A stretch of 64,000 bases of DNA from an uncultured Desulfosarcina sp. (GCA_963674945.2 CAXXWQ010000003.1:448001-512000); one strand, 5' to 3'. Positions 31,247-41,881 are shown, counted from the first letter of the stretch. Numbers and translations: made by a program. The notes: generated by a model not told the origin, from the sequence alone.

Positions 31247-31762
31247 TCAGAGACCGGACCCATCTGCCTCGGTCTCAACAATCAATCCTGCTCGCTTCAA
31301 TGAACCGAAAAACTGTTTTCTGGATTCCGTCGCCTTAAGCTCGAACACCTTTTCCCGGCAGGCCACGTAGATATCGAAGGCGACCAAGGCCATCTCGTCG
31401 ATTCTTTGATCCAGGCCACCCATCTCTTCCTTACGGCCCTTCCCCGGAGAGTGATCCCGGATGATTCGCTTTAACGCAAATACGAAACGAGTTGCTTGGG
31501 AAGGAGACATGGTTTGCACCGCCCTTATCCGCATGATCGGATCGAGAGCGGTCGCCATGGTATCATGCCCTGCCTCGCTGATCAGTGCTTCCACCAATTT
31601 CTCGAGACTCTGGAAGGTAGTCTGCCCCACTGGATTGGCGAAGGGATCTTTTTGGCTTTTGAGGAACCGGGCCGTATCGGCAGGGTAAGTGTCAACAGTA
31701 GCCTGAAACCAGCTTTTGAGAATCTCCTGCTTCTTGGCCGCCAATTGTTGTGATGAACTCAT
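31247..31762 (-). CDS. dsrT: RsbRD N-terminal-domain protein
   Basis: KDPFANPVG, IRAVQ..SPSQA..FVF.LK, AFDIY..CRE; directly upstream of dsrM. Confidence 0.88.
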   Translation of the reverse strand: MSSSQQLAAKKQEILKSWFQATVDTYPADTARFLKSQKDPFANPVGQTTFQSLEKLVEALISEAGHDTMATALDPIMRIRAVQTMSPSQATRFVFALKRIIRDHSPGKGRKEEMGGLDQRIDEMALVAFDIYVACREKVFELKATESRKQFFGSLKRAGLIVETEADGSGL

Positions 31763-31940
31763 CTACGGTTTCACTTTGGTGGCACCCGCGTGAAAACGGC
31801 GGAAGCCACAAATCGACTTCAGTTTATCGGTTCGGATTTCAACGGTGAATACACAGTGCAATGGCCGGAAACCAGCCGATTTCAAACTCGGACCTATAAT
31901 CAAATTGGCCATTTCTGTCAAGGACAAATAAGTCAGGTCC

Positions 31941-32384
31941 TTACGTCCCTATGGGCGATTTGCGGTACATTCTTTTCCACGGAGCGCGCAAATTCTCCCT
32001 TGCATTGGCCAGCGCAAGATAAAGCGTCCCCACGGCCAATTCCGCACAGTGAAAATGATCTTCGGGTAGCGTTTCCAAAAAAGCTGCCACGGCCTCGGGC
32101 GAGATTTCCCACGCGGCATCCATTGATTTTCCCACCACCAAAGAAACGATCGCATTACAACAGGCATTGGTGTTGAGGCATCCATCGATATCGTAGGAGA
32201 GGTTTTGAATCATATCACCTTCCAGGGTCAGGAAGAATTCCACTGTGTCGCCGCAGTCGCCTGTTTTTTTTCCATGACCGTCTGCCTTCGCCAGTCGTTC
32301 CCTGTGATCGGTGCGAAAGGCCATTTCCAGAAAAACCAGGGAGTGGTCCTGCCATAAATCCGAGGTTTCCTTCGTACTGTTCAT
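31941..32384 (-). CDS. NifU/IscU N-terminal-like Fe-S scaffold protein
   Basis: GDCGDTV, DGCLNTNAC, HFHCAELA; AAGGAGG before ATG 32384. Confidence 0.85.
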   Translation of the reverse strand: MNSTKETSDLWQDHSLVFLEMAFRTDHRERLAKADGHGKKTGDCGDTVEFFLTLEGDMIQNLSYDIDGCLNTNACCNAIVSLVVGKSMDAAWEISPEAVAAFLETLPEDHFHCAELAVGTLYLALANARENLRAPWKRMYRKSPIGT

Positions 32385-32588
32385 CCGGTTCCGCCTCCTT
32401 GTAAACACAAACGGTCGCCGATCATAAAAGTCGTGATCGCCTTTGTCAACCGGCATGCCGTGGATACGGCAGATCTCGACCAATTTTTCCTATTTCTGGA
32501 CGAACACCATCCAATTGTGATAGTTTGCCCGAGCAAAAAATCTGCCGGCTGGGCACCAAACACAAGGGATCGATCCTCCAAATGGAAT

Positions 32589-33110
32589 ATGCTGGATATG
32601 AAAACAGTCGCTATTATCGCCAATGCAGCACAACTGGCCATCATCCTGACAATTTTCTTCGTCCGGGGATTTGAAATGGATTTTTGGGCAATCGTTCTTC
32701 TGGCTCTGCTGATCATCGTACCCGCCATTAGCTTCCTGGCCTTTTGTTTCGCCAGGCAATCAGTGTTGAAGGCAGATGTAACCGGCGACAACGATGGAGC
32801 GCCGATAAAGCGATCGGCCATTCGCGTCCGGTATCCCCACGGCCGCGGCGCCGTCCTGGCAATCGGCGATGCCGCCCTTTCCGTGATCGATCTTTCCGAA
32901 TTCGGCGTGCGGGCACTGGCGGGCCGCAAAACCCCCTTTACCGAATCGGAGACGGGGACGATCCGATTGAAAAGCGGAGCGAAAATCGCGTTTCGAGGAA
33001 CCGTGATGCGAAGAAATGATGCGGAAGTGGTATTCCAGTTTTCCGATCCCATTGGCACAGCCGTCATCTTGGAAGAGAACAAGGCAATAAAGGATACGAT
33101 CCATGAATGA
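32589..33110 (+). CDS. Two-TM PilZ-domain protein
   Basis: Two hydrophobic helices, then RxxxR (KRSAIR) and DxSxxG (DLSEFG). Confidence 0.75.
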   Translation: MLDMKTVAIIANAAQLAIILTIFFVRGFEMDFWAIVLLALLIIVPAISFLAFCFARQSVLKADVTGDNDGAPIKRSAIRVRYPHGRGAVLAIGDAALSVIDLSEFGVRALAGRKTPFTESETGTIRLKSGAKIAFRGTVMRRNDAEVVFQFSDPIGTAVILEENKAIKDTIHE

Positions 33111-33777
33111 ACGACCAGATAAAACAAACGGCAACCGGCCTCTTTTTCGAATCCTCGCTTTCCAGCAAGGTGGCCGGGCCGAAAGCAAAGTCAGGGGAAT
33201 CGGCCAATATGGGCAAGAGCGCTTTACCATCTCCCTGATTACCATCGACCAGCCCCTTCCCGAAGTGGTGGACGACACTTCTGAGTATTTGCCCGACTGC
33301 ATCGACGCGGATCTGGTACTCGACTTTCTCAAACACCCCGACCTCTCCCACGATCTGGCCCTGTTATGCCGGCGGCACGACATTCCCATCGTGGCATCGG
33401 GGAAAAAGACAACCGTGGCGGGAACCCACACGCCGCCGGTGTGTTGCGCATTGGCCCGCCACCGGGAACTCGGACCCTATGGCAAACGATTCGGTGCACC
33501 GGAATTCGACGTAACGGTCAAATCAGGCAAAATCGAAACGGTTTCGGTGCGGCGCGGCGCCCCTTGCGGTGCGACATGGGAAGCGGCCCGACGCATTGTG
33601 GGATACGCCATCGAAGAGGCTCCGGTTCGCTTGGGTTTGGACACCCAATTTTTCTGTACAGCCGATCCGTCCAATTGGGATCCCATCTGGGGGAAAAGCC
33701 CGGTCCACCTCGCCGCCGATCTGCACAGGGCCGCATTCACAGCGGCGCTGAAGAAGGCGTTAAAGGAAGATAGATAG
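33103..33777 (+). CDS. DUF166-family protein
   Basis: ADLVL....HPDL, P.VCC.L, FG.PEF.V, V.RGAPCGATW. Confidence 0.72.
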   Translation: MNERPDKTNGNRPLFRILAFQQGGRAESKVRGIGQYGQERFTISLITIDQPLPEVVDDTSEYLPDCIDADLVLDFLKHPDLSHDLALLCRRHDIPIVASGKKTTVAGTHTPPVCCALARHRELGPYGKRFGAPEFDVTVKSGKIETVSVRRGAPCGATWEAARRIVGYAIEEAPVRLGLDTQFFCTADPSNWDPIWGKSPVHLAADLHRAAFTAALKKALKEDR

Positions 33778-34236
33778 AGGGCAAACTGCGCGGGAGCGTC
33801 AAATGACGTATCCGCGCCAAAGAATGGAAAATCAGGGGAAACGAGGGTGTACACGCCGATCCTGTCCGCAGCGGCGGTCTTTTTCCGCCACTCTGCGCTC
33901 CGGGATGTAGTTGTTGTATGTGTAAATTCGTCTCTCTTTTCCGAAACGTCTTCCTCCATTGTCGATGAGTACCCATTTCTTCGAATTCGCAACTTCAGCG
34001 GTGTACATTCGGAATCCTTACTTTTTGGGCAGGACACGGGCCTGATTTCTTTTTTATGGCGCCACCCGCACCCAATTTGTTGAACGTTGACATCGTTATC
34101 GTCCATTTAGCAATATATATACCGAGAAACGAGAAATTCGTTTGTTCTTTCTAAATCAGGGAGTTATTCATCCTCCTTCAAAATAGAAAATCAAAAAGGG
34201 AGAAAGTCACGACACAATTCTTAGGAACATTTTTGC

Positions 34237-36162
34237 TCAATTGTACTTTTTTTCCACTACACCGTGTTTTTTTCCATCGCCTCTCCCCCTCCTTCCGCGG
34301 TGAGCCAAGGAAGAGGGGGGGGGGTCACGGCGCCCCCTTTTTCTTCGTCCCTTCCCCCCTTCGGACGATTTCGACTTTGTGACCATGGCCGCCCCTGCAA
34401 ACCGGCCCGAAAGGTGGTTCGCGTGAAGCGCCGTAAGTGCCTTGCGGATCAGTGGCGCACTGGACGGATTGCGATACTGAATCAATGCCCGCTGCATCTT
34501 TCTCTCGCGAAATGACCTGGCCACGTAGAGGGGCGCACCGGTAAACGGGTGCGACCCCGTGTGGTACATGGCACCGGACATCGTCATGGGCAGGGGGATA
34601 AAATCTTGCACCTGTTCGGGATGAATGCCGTGGTCGATCAGGTATAAGGCCAACTGTAGGGCATCTTTCAGGGTCGATCCGGGATGAGCGCTGATGAAGT
34701 AGTTCACCAGGTAGCACCTGGACGGCAGTTTTGCGTTGATGCGATCGAACCGGTTGACAAAGGCTTCGTAAACGGATCGATGGGGCTTTCCCATGGCATC
34801 GAGCACACCGTCGGAGACATGCTCGGGTGCCACCTTCATCTGTCCGCTGACGTGGTATCGACAAAGCTCTTCCAGCGATGCATCCGTACCCGTGTCGAAT
34901 AGATCGTAACGAAATCCGCTTTGCACGAAGGCGTGCTTCACCTTTTCCATATTCCGGATGCGCCGATACAGGTCCAAGCTTTTTTGTTCTCCGGAATCGA
35001 GGTGGGGACAGGTCTTCGGCACCATGCACCTTCGGTCCGGACAAAAGCCCTTTTTCCTCCAACGCGGACAATCGGCGCCGTAAAGATTGGCCGTCGGGCC
35101 GCCCATGTCCGTAATGGTGCCGTGAAAATCCGGATCTTGAACCAATCGACGAACCTCGCGCGCGATCGAGTCGGCGCTGCGACTTTGCACCATACGCCCC
35201 TGGTGGAAATAGAGGCTGCAGAAATTACACTCCCCCGTACAACCCCGATGGGTGATCAGGGAATGGCGAACCGTCTCCAGTCCCGGAACACCGCCACGCT
35301 GCTCGTATACAGGATGCCAGCGGCGTGTGTAGCCATATTCATAAAACGCATCCAATTCGATACTGGAAAGGGGGCCGGGCGGCGGATAGAGAACGGCAAC
35401 GCGATCGCCGTGGGCCTGCACCACGATCTGCGCCGTCATGGGATTTTGTTCCGCATAATATCTTTGAAAGGCCAGGTTGAATTTTTCGTGGCTGTCGGCC
35501 ACCGCTTCGAAGGATGGCAGCTCGATGAACGCTGACAATCCAGCAGTATCCTTACGAATGACACCTGTTCCCGGAACCGGGCCCAAGGAGTCCAAGGGCA
35601 GGCCGCCTTCGAGATGGCGTGCGACGGTTACCACCTGCCGTTCCCCCATGCCGTATACGAGGATGTCGGCCCGGGCATCGAAGAGGATACTCCTTCGAAC
35701 CCGGTTCTCCCAGTAATCGTAATGGGCCAGACGGCGCATGCTGGCCTCGATGCCGCCGATCACGATGGAGACGTCCTTGAATGCCTGCCGAACCCGGTTG
35801 GCATATACGATAAGGGACCGGTCGGGCCGCAGGCCGACGCGGCCCCCCGGTGATAGGGTGTCGGATTTGCGGGGCCGTTTGTTTGCCGTATAGTTAGCCA
35901 CCATGGAATCCACATTTCCCGACGTAATTCCAAAAAAGAGCCGGGGTCGACCCAAGCGGGTAAAGTCGTCGATCCTGCGCCAATCGGGCTGGGCGATGAT
36001 CCCCACCCGAAAGCCGGCGGCTTCCAGTACCCGGCCGATCACCGCGGCCCCATAGGCCGGATGATCCACATAGGCATCACCGGTGATGAGAATCACGTCT
36101 AGCCGGTCCCATCCACGTCGCCGCATGTCTTCTTTAGATATTGGCAAGAAGTCGGATTTCAT
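34237..36162 (-). CDS. YgiQ-family radical SAM protein
   Basis: GDAYVDHP, GGIEASMRRLAHYDYW, HRGCTGECNFC, YFISAHPG, QVQDFIP.P. Confidence 0.93.
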   Translation of the reverse strand: MKSDFLPISKEDMRRRGWDRLDVILITGDAYVDHPAYGAAVIGRVLEAAGFRVGIIAQPDWRRIDDFTRLGRPRLFFGITSGNVDSMVANYTANKRPRKSDTLSPGGRVGLRPDRSLIVYANRVRQAFKDVSIVIGGIEASMRRLAHYDYWENRVRRSILFDARADILVYGMGERQVVTVARHLEGGLPLDSLGPVPGTGVIRKDTAGLSAFIELPSFEAVADSHEKFNLAFQRYYAEQNPMTAQIVVQAHGDRVAVLYPPPGPLSSIELDAFYEYGYTRRWHPVYEQRGGVPGLETVRHSLITHRGCTGECNFCSLYFHQGRMVQSRSADSIAREVRRLVQDPDFHGTITDMGGPTANLYGADCPRWRKKGFCPDRRCMVPKTCPHLDSGEQKSLDLYRRIRNMEKVKHAFVQSGFRYDLFDTGTDASLEELCRYHVSGQMKVAPEHVSDGVLDAMGKPHRSVYEAFVNRFDRINAKLPSRCYLVNYFISAHPGSTLKDALQLALYLIDHGIHPEQVQDFIPLPMTMSGAMYHTGSHPFTGAPLYVARSFRERKMQRALIQYRNPSSAPLIRKALTALHANHLSGRFAGAAMVTKSKSSEGGKGRRKRGRRDPPPSSLAHRGRRGRGDGKKHGVVEKKYN

Positions 36163-36180
36163 ATTAGGCCATAATCATAT

Positions 36181-36282
36181 AGTGTTAAGTGGTTACATGT
36201 TAAGTTTTAAGTCAATGTATTCTATCGATCAGAATTGATTTTTATCCTTCCCTTAACACTTAACACGTAAAACTTAAAACTT
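36181..36282. repeat. Heptamer-armed inverted repeat
   Basis: AGTGTTA/AGTGGTTA/ATGTTA/AGTTTTA units mirrored by TTAACAC TTAACAC GTAAAAC TTAAAAC. Confidence 0.7.
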
Positions 36283-36363
36283 TTCCGTACGTTGTATCAA
36301 AACCCCTTGAGACACCCTATGCAATGGTGTAACTATTGCCATCAAAAAGTTGAGGAGGTATTC

Positions 36364-37188
36364 GTGGCGATCTACTACATAGATGGTGAATTCATTGAGG
36401 CGGAAAAGGCGGTCATTCCCGTGGACGACCTGGCAATACTGCGGGGCATTGGCGTCTTCGATCTTCTTCGCACCTACGACGGCGAGCCCTACTTTTTGGA
36501 CGCCCACATCGATCGGCTGGTGAATTCGGCCAGAAAGATCGGCATCGACCTGCCCTGGTCCCACGATCAGATCTCCCAGGTGGTAAAACAGACCCTGACC
36601 CAAAACCACATCCCCGAGGCCAATATCCGTATCGTGGTCACCGGTGGCTCCAGCACCGATTTCATGACCCCCTCGGGACCGCCCCGCCTTCTGGTAATGG
36701 TGACGCCGCTGCCCCGCCTTCCATCGCACTGGTACACGAAGGGGGTAAAAATCATCTCCATGGAGGTGGAGCGACCCATTCCCGGTGCCAAGAGCATCAA
36801 CTACATCTCGGCCAGCCTGGCACTAAATAAAGCCGCCGCCGAAGGCGCCATCGAGGCACTCTACATCGATCGAAACGGCCTGGCCTTAGAGTGCACCACC
36901 GCCAATATCTTTGCCTTTATCGGGAATAAACTGGTCACACCGGGCCGGGGGATCCTGTCCGGCGTGACCCGAAAGGTAATGCTGGAACTGGCCGAAGACC
37001 TCTTTCCCATCGACATCCGGGATATCTCGAAAACCGAGCTTTTGGGGGCGGACGAGGTTTTCATTACCGGAACCAGCAAGGGTGTCGTGCCGGTGGTACA
37101 GGTGGATGACCGAATCATCGGAGACGGCCTTCCCGGACGAAATACAAAGCGATTGATGAAAGAAATGAAGCATCATACGAAGCATTGA
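36364..37188 (+). CDS. Class IV PLP aminotransferase (D-amino acid / branched-chain type)
   Basis: RGIGVFD, HIDRL..SA, AKSINY, EC..ANIF, IL.GVTR, ADEVFITGT; GAGGAGG before GTG 36364. Confidence 0.92.
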   Translation: MAIYYIDGEFIEAEKAVIPVDDLAILRGIGVFDLLRTYDGEPYFLDAHIDRLVNSARKIGIDLPWSHDQISQVVKQTLTQNHIPEANIRIVVTGGSSTDFMTPSGPPRLLVMVTPLPRLPSHWYTKGVKIISMEVERPIPGAKSINYISASLALNKAAAEGAIEALYIDRNGLALECTTANIFAFIGNKLVTPGRGILSGVTRKVMLELAEDLFPIDIRDISKTELLGADEVFITGTSKGVVPVVQVDDRIIGDGLPGRNTKRLMKEMKHHTKH

Positions 37189-37209
37189 CAACTTCGATTC
37201 CTCTCCGAA

Positions 37210-37509
37210 TCAAGGACGGGTAGCAACGGGCCGGCCGTCAACGGTCAGAACCGGCAGATCTTCGCCGGTGTCGATCAGCGCAACGCCGGTGGCGCTGTTT
37301 CCCGAAAGATCCTCGTGACGGGTTCGAAGATACGAAAAATCGAATTCGGCCAGGGCCGCCTGAAGCAGTTCCAGTTCTCTCTCCAGCTTTGCTCGTTCTC
37401 CCTTTGCTTTGAAATAGTCCGACAGGGTGGAATTGAAGCGCCGCTTCACTTCTGTTTCGATACAGTGTCGGCTGAGATCCAAGGGGATACGGACCATTTG
37501 GATTACCAT
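37210..37509 (-). CDS. Hypothetical protein downstream of the GTPase pair
   Basis: 99-aa ORF with AAGGA upstream, co-oriented and 16 bp after the GTPase stop. Confidence 0.6.
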   Translation of the reverse strand: MVIQMVRIPLDLSRHCIETEVKRRFNSTLSDYFKAKGERAKLERELELLQAALAEFDFSYLRTRHEDLSGNSATGVALIDTGEDLPVLTVDGRPVATRP

Positions 37510-37525
37510 CCTTCAAGCGGATTTC

Positions 37526-39286
37526 TCAGCGCCCCAGTTCCAGAACCGTCTTCACCTGTTGCCACACCGGACTGTCGGACAGATTGTGCTGGTGGTCCAC
37601 CGCCTTTTGGACGCGACCGAAGACACGTTCGATCAGGCGCCCTTTCCCCGCCGCCATGCGCACCACTCCCTGCAAAAGAAAAAAGCTGAGCAGCAGAATC
37701 AGAAGTATGGTCCAGAAGGCGTGGAGGAAAAAGTCACCGGAAAGAATCGTGCCGGAGAAAAACTTGGTGGCGGTCAGCCATGCCGAATAGCCCAAAACGA
37801 CTAATACGGGAAGGTTGAAGAGAAGTTGGAGGAAACCGTTGCTCAACCTGCGGGCGACCCTTGTCAACTCCGATTCCAGTGCATCGTTCCAGATCTGGTA
37901 AAGATGTGCACCGATTTTCTCCTTTTGCCCCAAAACTCGGTCGTCGCCGCGTGTAGCGGCGGAAAACCGGGCCCGAACCAGGGTCTCGGCGATATCGGGC
38001 CACCTGCGGGAAATGGCGCTATCGTATCGATAAAGGGCCATATCCGCACCCTCCCCTCCATCCGCGGCCGCAACCGCTTTTTTGGATTCGGAAAATTGAC
38101 GGAGGACGGACACGGCACCGAAAATCTGATGAAATGGATTGCCGAACCGAAACAGGGAAGCCAGACCGGTGCCGAAAACCAGAATGCGGCTCCATATGGC
38201 CACCATCCAACCGACGGGTCCCAGCCATCGTTGGGCAAGCTGCTGGTAAAGACGGACATTGAGGCCGGATGCCAGTGCATCGCCATCGGTACGAAATGTG
38301 GCTACTGCCTGCCCCAGGGCCACAGACTCGGTCTCCTCCATCTGTGTCAGGGCCGATTCCAGCAATGTACGCTCTTTTCCCGCTTCCTGGGAAATGGTTT
38401 GCGTAAGATGCGCGGCGAGATTACGCGCGTTTTCAAGCCGTCGATCCACGGAGTAGCCTGATCGGTTAAAGGTCTTTTCGATCAGGGTGCGAAGCTGTTC
38501 GAACTGGTTTCGGTCATGTTTGGGCATGGCGGTTTCCGCCCAGGACGGATCATGGAGTCGGCTTCGGGCGGAAACGCACAGCACTGCGGCGGGCTTTGCG
38601 GACCATGCCTCTTTGATGTACCGGTCGAATTCGGGCATGATGGTCTCTGTCAGCTCGGATACCTCCAATCGATCGCACTTGTTGACCACGACCACCAGAC
38701 TGGCACCGGAAAACAGTCGTACGTAAGGCGCCAGGAAATCGGTATGGTCCCGACGTTTGGGATTCTCCCCGTCGAATACACAGATCAGGACATCCGACAG
38801 GCCGATGGCCTGGTGGATGATGGGAATGTGCCTCTCTTTTCGAGTGCTATCCGTATCCGGAGTGTCGATGAGGATGACGTTCTCCAGTCGGTCTGCCGCC
38901 TCACTGGCATGAATCCGAATATTCTCTCCCCCCAACTTCTCCACCAACTGGTCTGCATCCGCACGTTCCCGACAAAAGGCGACCACATGTTCGGTGGTGG
39001 GCCGTCGATGGCCGGCGGGAGACAGGTCGTCCTGGCCGGCCAGGGCGTTGAGCAGTGTGGACTTTCCCGAGCCGCTGGGACCGACTAGGGTGACCACCAG
39101 TTTCCTGTCGAACCTTTCGGCCAGTCGATCCAGCATCGCCAGGGCCGCATGGCAGCTCTTTTGAAGCCCGGACGCTGGACGCCACAAATCCAATCCGGCC
39201 AGCATCTTTGCGAGGCCTTGAATATCCGTTCGTACGGTTTCCAGTTCGGCCATGGCCCGAAGGCGGGTAATCTGTGAGTCCATCAT
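37526..39286 (-). CDS. Dynamin-like/Era-like GTPase with C-terminal TM hairpin
   Basis: G1 GPSGSGKS, G2 RPTT, G3 DTPD, G4 NKCD; helical stalk; two hydrophobic helices near the C-terminus. Confidence 0.85.
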   Translation of the reverse strand: MMDSQITRLRAMAELETVRTDIQGLAKMLAGLDLWRPASGLQKSCHAALAMLDRLAERFDRKLVVTLVGPSGSGKSTLLNALAGQDDLSPAGHRRPTTEHVVAFCRERADADQLVEKLGGENIRIHASEAADRLENVILIDTPDTDSTRKERHIPIIHQAIGLSDVLICVFDGENPKRRDHTDFLAPYVRLFSGASLVVVVNKCDRLEVSELTETIMPEFDRYIKEAWSAKPAAVLCVSARSRLHDPSWAETAMPKHDRNQFEQLRTLIEKTFNRSGYSVDRRLENARNLAAHLTQTISQEAGKERTLLESALTQMEETESVALGQAVATFRTDGDALASGLNVRLYQQLAQRWLGPVGWMVAIWSRILVFGTGLASLFRFGNPFHQIFGAVSVLRQFSESKKAVAAADGGEGADMALYRYDSAISRRWPDIAETLVRARFSAATRGDDRVLGQKEKIGAHLYQIWNDALESELTRVARRLSNGFLQLLFNLPVLVVLGYSAWLTATKFFSGTILSGDFFLHAFWTILLILLLSFFLLQGVVRMAAGKGRLIERVFGRVQKAVDHQHNLSDSPVWQQVKTVLELGR

Positions 39287-41244
39287 CCTCTCTTTTCCAA
39301 AATGCGGTCGAGTCCTGCCAGCGTCTCATCCATGGCCGCGATTCGGCCATCGGCCTCTTTGACGAGGTTACCGCCAAAGTCCAATAGGGGGGCGGTGATG
39401 GTATCGTGGAACATGGTGTCGATGGCCTTTAATTTGTGTGTCAGCCATGCCCGGGCCACGGGCGCCAAAAGCGCCTCCAGTTGTCTCACATCTGCTTTCT
39501 TCATCCCGGCCGTGGCGGGTATGGCAACAAGGGCGTACAGATCGTTGAGACCGAAAAGCCCTGCCAGCTTTACTTTGATGCCCGTTGCCCCCACGGGGTC
39601 ACCGGTATGCAGAACGTACGTAACGGCTGCCGTGGCGGGGATGATATTGAGCATGGCGGAGAAGGTCTGCCGAATCTGGTCAAAGGTGGTCATCCGGGCG
39701 CGCTGTTCGTCCACCAGTCGTTTAAGTTCGTTTTCCAGTTGAAGGGTAAGGTCCAGGGCTTGATCCCGATTCGCCATCATCTGTTCGATGGTCGCCTCCC
39801 AATTCAACGATTGAACACGTTTCCGGGCGTCCGAGAGGGCCGGATGCGCGGGAACGGTCAATTCAATCATCCCCGATTCGGTCCTTCGCTCCGAGACGCC
39901 GGGCAAGCCGGAAAGTCGCCGGACCGATGTGCAAAGGGAATCGATACCGGGAGTGGCAGTCGATAGCCGGACAGTAATTGTCTGGTCCACCGCCGCACGG
40001 CGCAAACGGTTGGCTGCCCGGACGAAATCGGCCTCCATGGTCGCCGCCATTTTTCCGCCGGACGGATCCTTCGCCCGCCCCTTGCCTTTTCCGCCGACCC
40101 ACCTTCCCACACCCATCAACAATCGGACCGGTGTTTCCACCACCCGTCCGGTGGTCCGCATGATCTTTACATGGGAGGGGTCCGCCTCCTGCCAAATCTC
40201 TGAAAACCGACGGATCACCGCATCCATGGGCAGGTGCCCCAGCGCATCCTGCACGCATTTTTTTTGCATGGCATCCAAAAGGTCGAGGTAGGTGGCAAGA
40301 TGGTCCTTCGATGCCCGCGCCGATTGGACGAACCCATGGCCTTTTTCAATCACGTCGGCAAAAACCGAACGATGGAGTTCGCCGCGAAGCTTTCGCGGGT
40401 CGATTTGTTCCAGCGCCTCCAAAAGACCGGGCTGTGCCCCATCGACCGGTGTGATGGCCATGGACTTTTGACCGGCCGCCACACGGTTGTCCTCATCGGC
40501 ACGAAATATTCCCAGTACGTGCCTGTCGGTGTCTTCCCCGTAAAGGTTTCGGGCTACCGTCTGGGCATGGGACCGGACCTCCGCGGCGGTAAAACTGGGA
40601 TACACCCGGTAGACCAGCATGCATTTTCGAATCCCTACGGTGGTGAGCATGCGGGCGATGAAATCGGTGTTGTCCCGATTGTTGTAGTTCGCGTTGGTAA
40701 AGATGTAGATGAACACGTCGGCTGCATGCAAAGCTCGCTCTGCCATGTCGCGGTTCTGATAGCTGCCCTTGGACCCGGTATCGAAATCCGGCGTATCCAT
40801 CAGGGCCAGACCCGCCGGTAACGCCGTGCTGTAGGAAAGAAGCGGATCGCCGACGGTGGTCAACTGATCCATGTGGGCCATCTCTTTCGGAGGGTACCCC
40901 AGGGGCTCGAAAAGCACTTCGGCGATTTGTGGCGTATGGCGGTAACTGGCACGGATGGAAACGAGAAGTCGCCGGTTGATACCGGCCCTGCCGCCCGTGG
41001 GCGAAATAGCATGACCGACGAGGGCGTTGAACAGTGTTGACTTGCCCGAGGAGCCACCGCCACAAATGGCCACCGCCAGGGGAAACGATGCCATGAGGCG
41101 GGGAATCAGGCGCGCGTCCACCGCCGCCGTCCACTCCCGGATATCCGGTTGCAGTGCCGGCATCAACCCGTCGACCAGGGCGCCCGTCTCTTTTTTCAGA
41201 GACCTGAGCCCGTCAATGGTCTCTTCACTGTACAATGGGTCCAA
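39283..41244 (-). CDS. Dynamin-like GTPase with atypical G4
   Basis: G1 GGGSSGKS and G3 DTPDFD; no NKxD (LVYRVY instead). Overlaps the partner gene by 4 bp. Confidence 0.8.
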   Translation of the reverse strand: MDPLYSEETIDGLRSLKKETGALVDGLMPALQPDIREWTAAVDARLIPRLMASFPLAVAICGGGSSGKSTLFNALVGHAISPTGGRAGINRRLLVSIRASYRHTPQIAEVLFEPLGYPPKEMAHMDQLTTVGDPLLSYSTALPAGLALMDTPDFDTGSKGSYQNRDMAERALHAADVFIYIFTNANYNNRDNTDFIARMLTTVGIRKCMLVYRVYPSFTAAEVRSHAQTVARNLYGEDTDRHVLGIFRADEDNRVAAGQKSMAITPVDGAQPGLLEALEQIDPRKLRGELHRSVFADVIEKGHGFVQSARASKDHLATYLDLLDAMQKKCVQDALGHLPMDAVIRRFSEIWQEADPSHVKIMRTTGRVVETPVRLLMGVGRWVGGKGKGRAKDPSGGKMAATMEADFVRAANRLRRAAVDQTITVRLSTATPGIDSLCTSVRRLSGLPGVSERRTESGMIELTVPAHPALSDARKRVQSLNWEATIEQMMANRDQALDLTLQLENELKRLVDEQRARMTTFDQIRQTFSAMLNIIPATAAVTYVLHTGDPVGATGIKVKLAGLFGLNDLYALVAIPATAGMKKADVRQLEALLAPVARAWLTHKLKAIDTMFHDTITAPLLDFGGNLVKEADGRIAAMDETLAGLDRILEKRG

Positions 41245-41338
41245 AGCTACAAAGGCCTCCTCTCATGACCAGGGAAATCCACATGGTGTATGGTTTGATG
41301 AAACCCCTTCGAAGGGGGAAAGAAAAATTATACCGCTA

Positions 41339-41500
41339 AACGTTGAACACCGAACGTCCAACATCGAATAAGGAATTCTGCCGTTTTTTGATAAAATCGC
41401 ACCTCGCGGATGGAGACTAATGATATATCGATTTCTTTATCAAACGACGGAGCGAAGCGATCTTCTCATTCAGCGTTGGACGTTCAATGTTCAATGTTTA
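41339..41500. repeat. Heptamer-armed palindromic element related to 1040-1158
   Basis: AACGTTG AACACCG AACGTCC AACATCG ... GGAGCGAAGCGA ... GCGTTGG ACGTTCA ATGTTCA ATGTT. Confidence 0.75.
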
Positions 41501-41665
41501 CAAACTTCTTTATCATCCAATGTCTCGCCGGATAGGTCCCGACCTCTTCGTTTCGCTCGGTCACATCCCTGGGTGTTAATAAACTGCACATATCATTGAC
41601 AAGGCGCTATTTGTTGCCATCTTACCCAATATGCCATTTCCTTCATTTTTTCTCGGAGGCAAGCC

Positions 41666-41881
41666 ATGGGATGGATCCGTATTCCCGGCCTGGCCGGAAG
41701 GGTGTATGTGCCGGACGATGACGACCGTTTCGTGAAAAAACACCCCTGTAAAACCTGCTTCTCCTGCCAATGGTGCGACGAAAACCGATGCCGCGTGTGC
41801 CGACAAGACAAAAAAGTAACGACCATCATCTCATCTCGACGATGCGCCACCACCTCTTATACACCCAAGGGAAGTGGTTAG
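41666..41881 (+). CDS. Small cysteine-rich protein
   Basis: GGAGG RBS; CKTCFSCQWCDENRCRVC. Confidence 0.62.
   Translation: MGWIRIPGLAGRVYVPDDDDRFVKKHPCKTCFSCQWCDENRCRVCRQDKKVTTIISSRRCATTSYTPKGSG

Noticed and set aside
33477..34106. 209-aa minus-strand ORF
   Set aside because: It overlaps the DUF166 gene antisense, with no clear RBS or motif.
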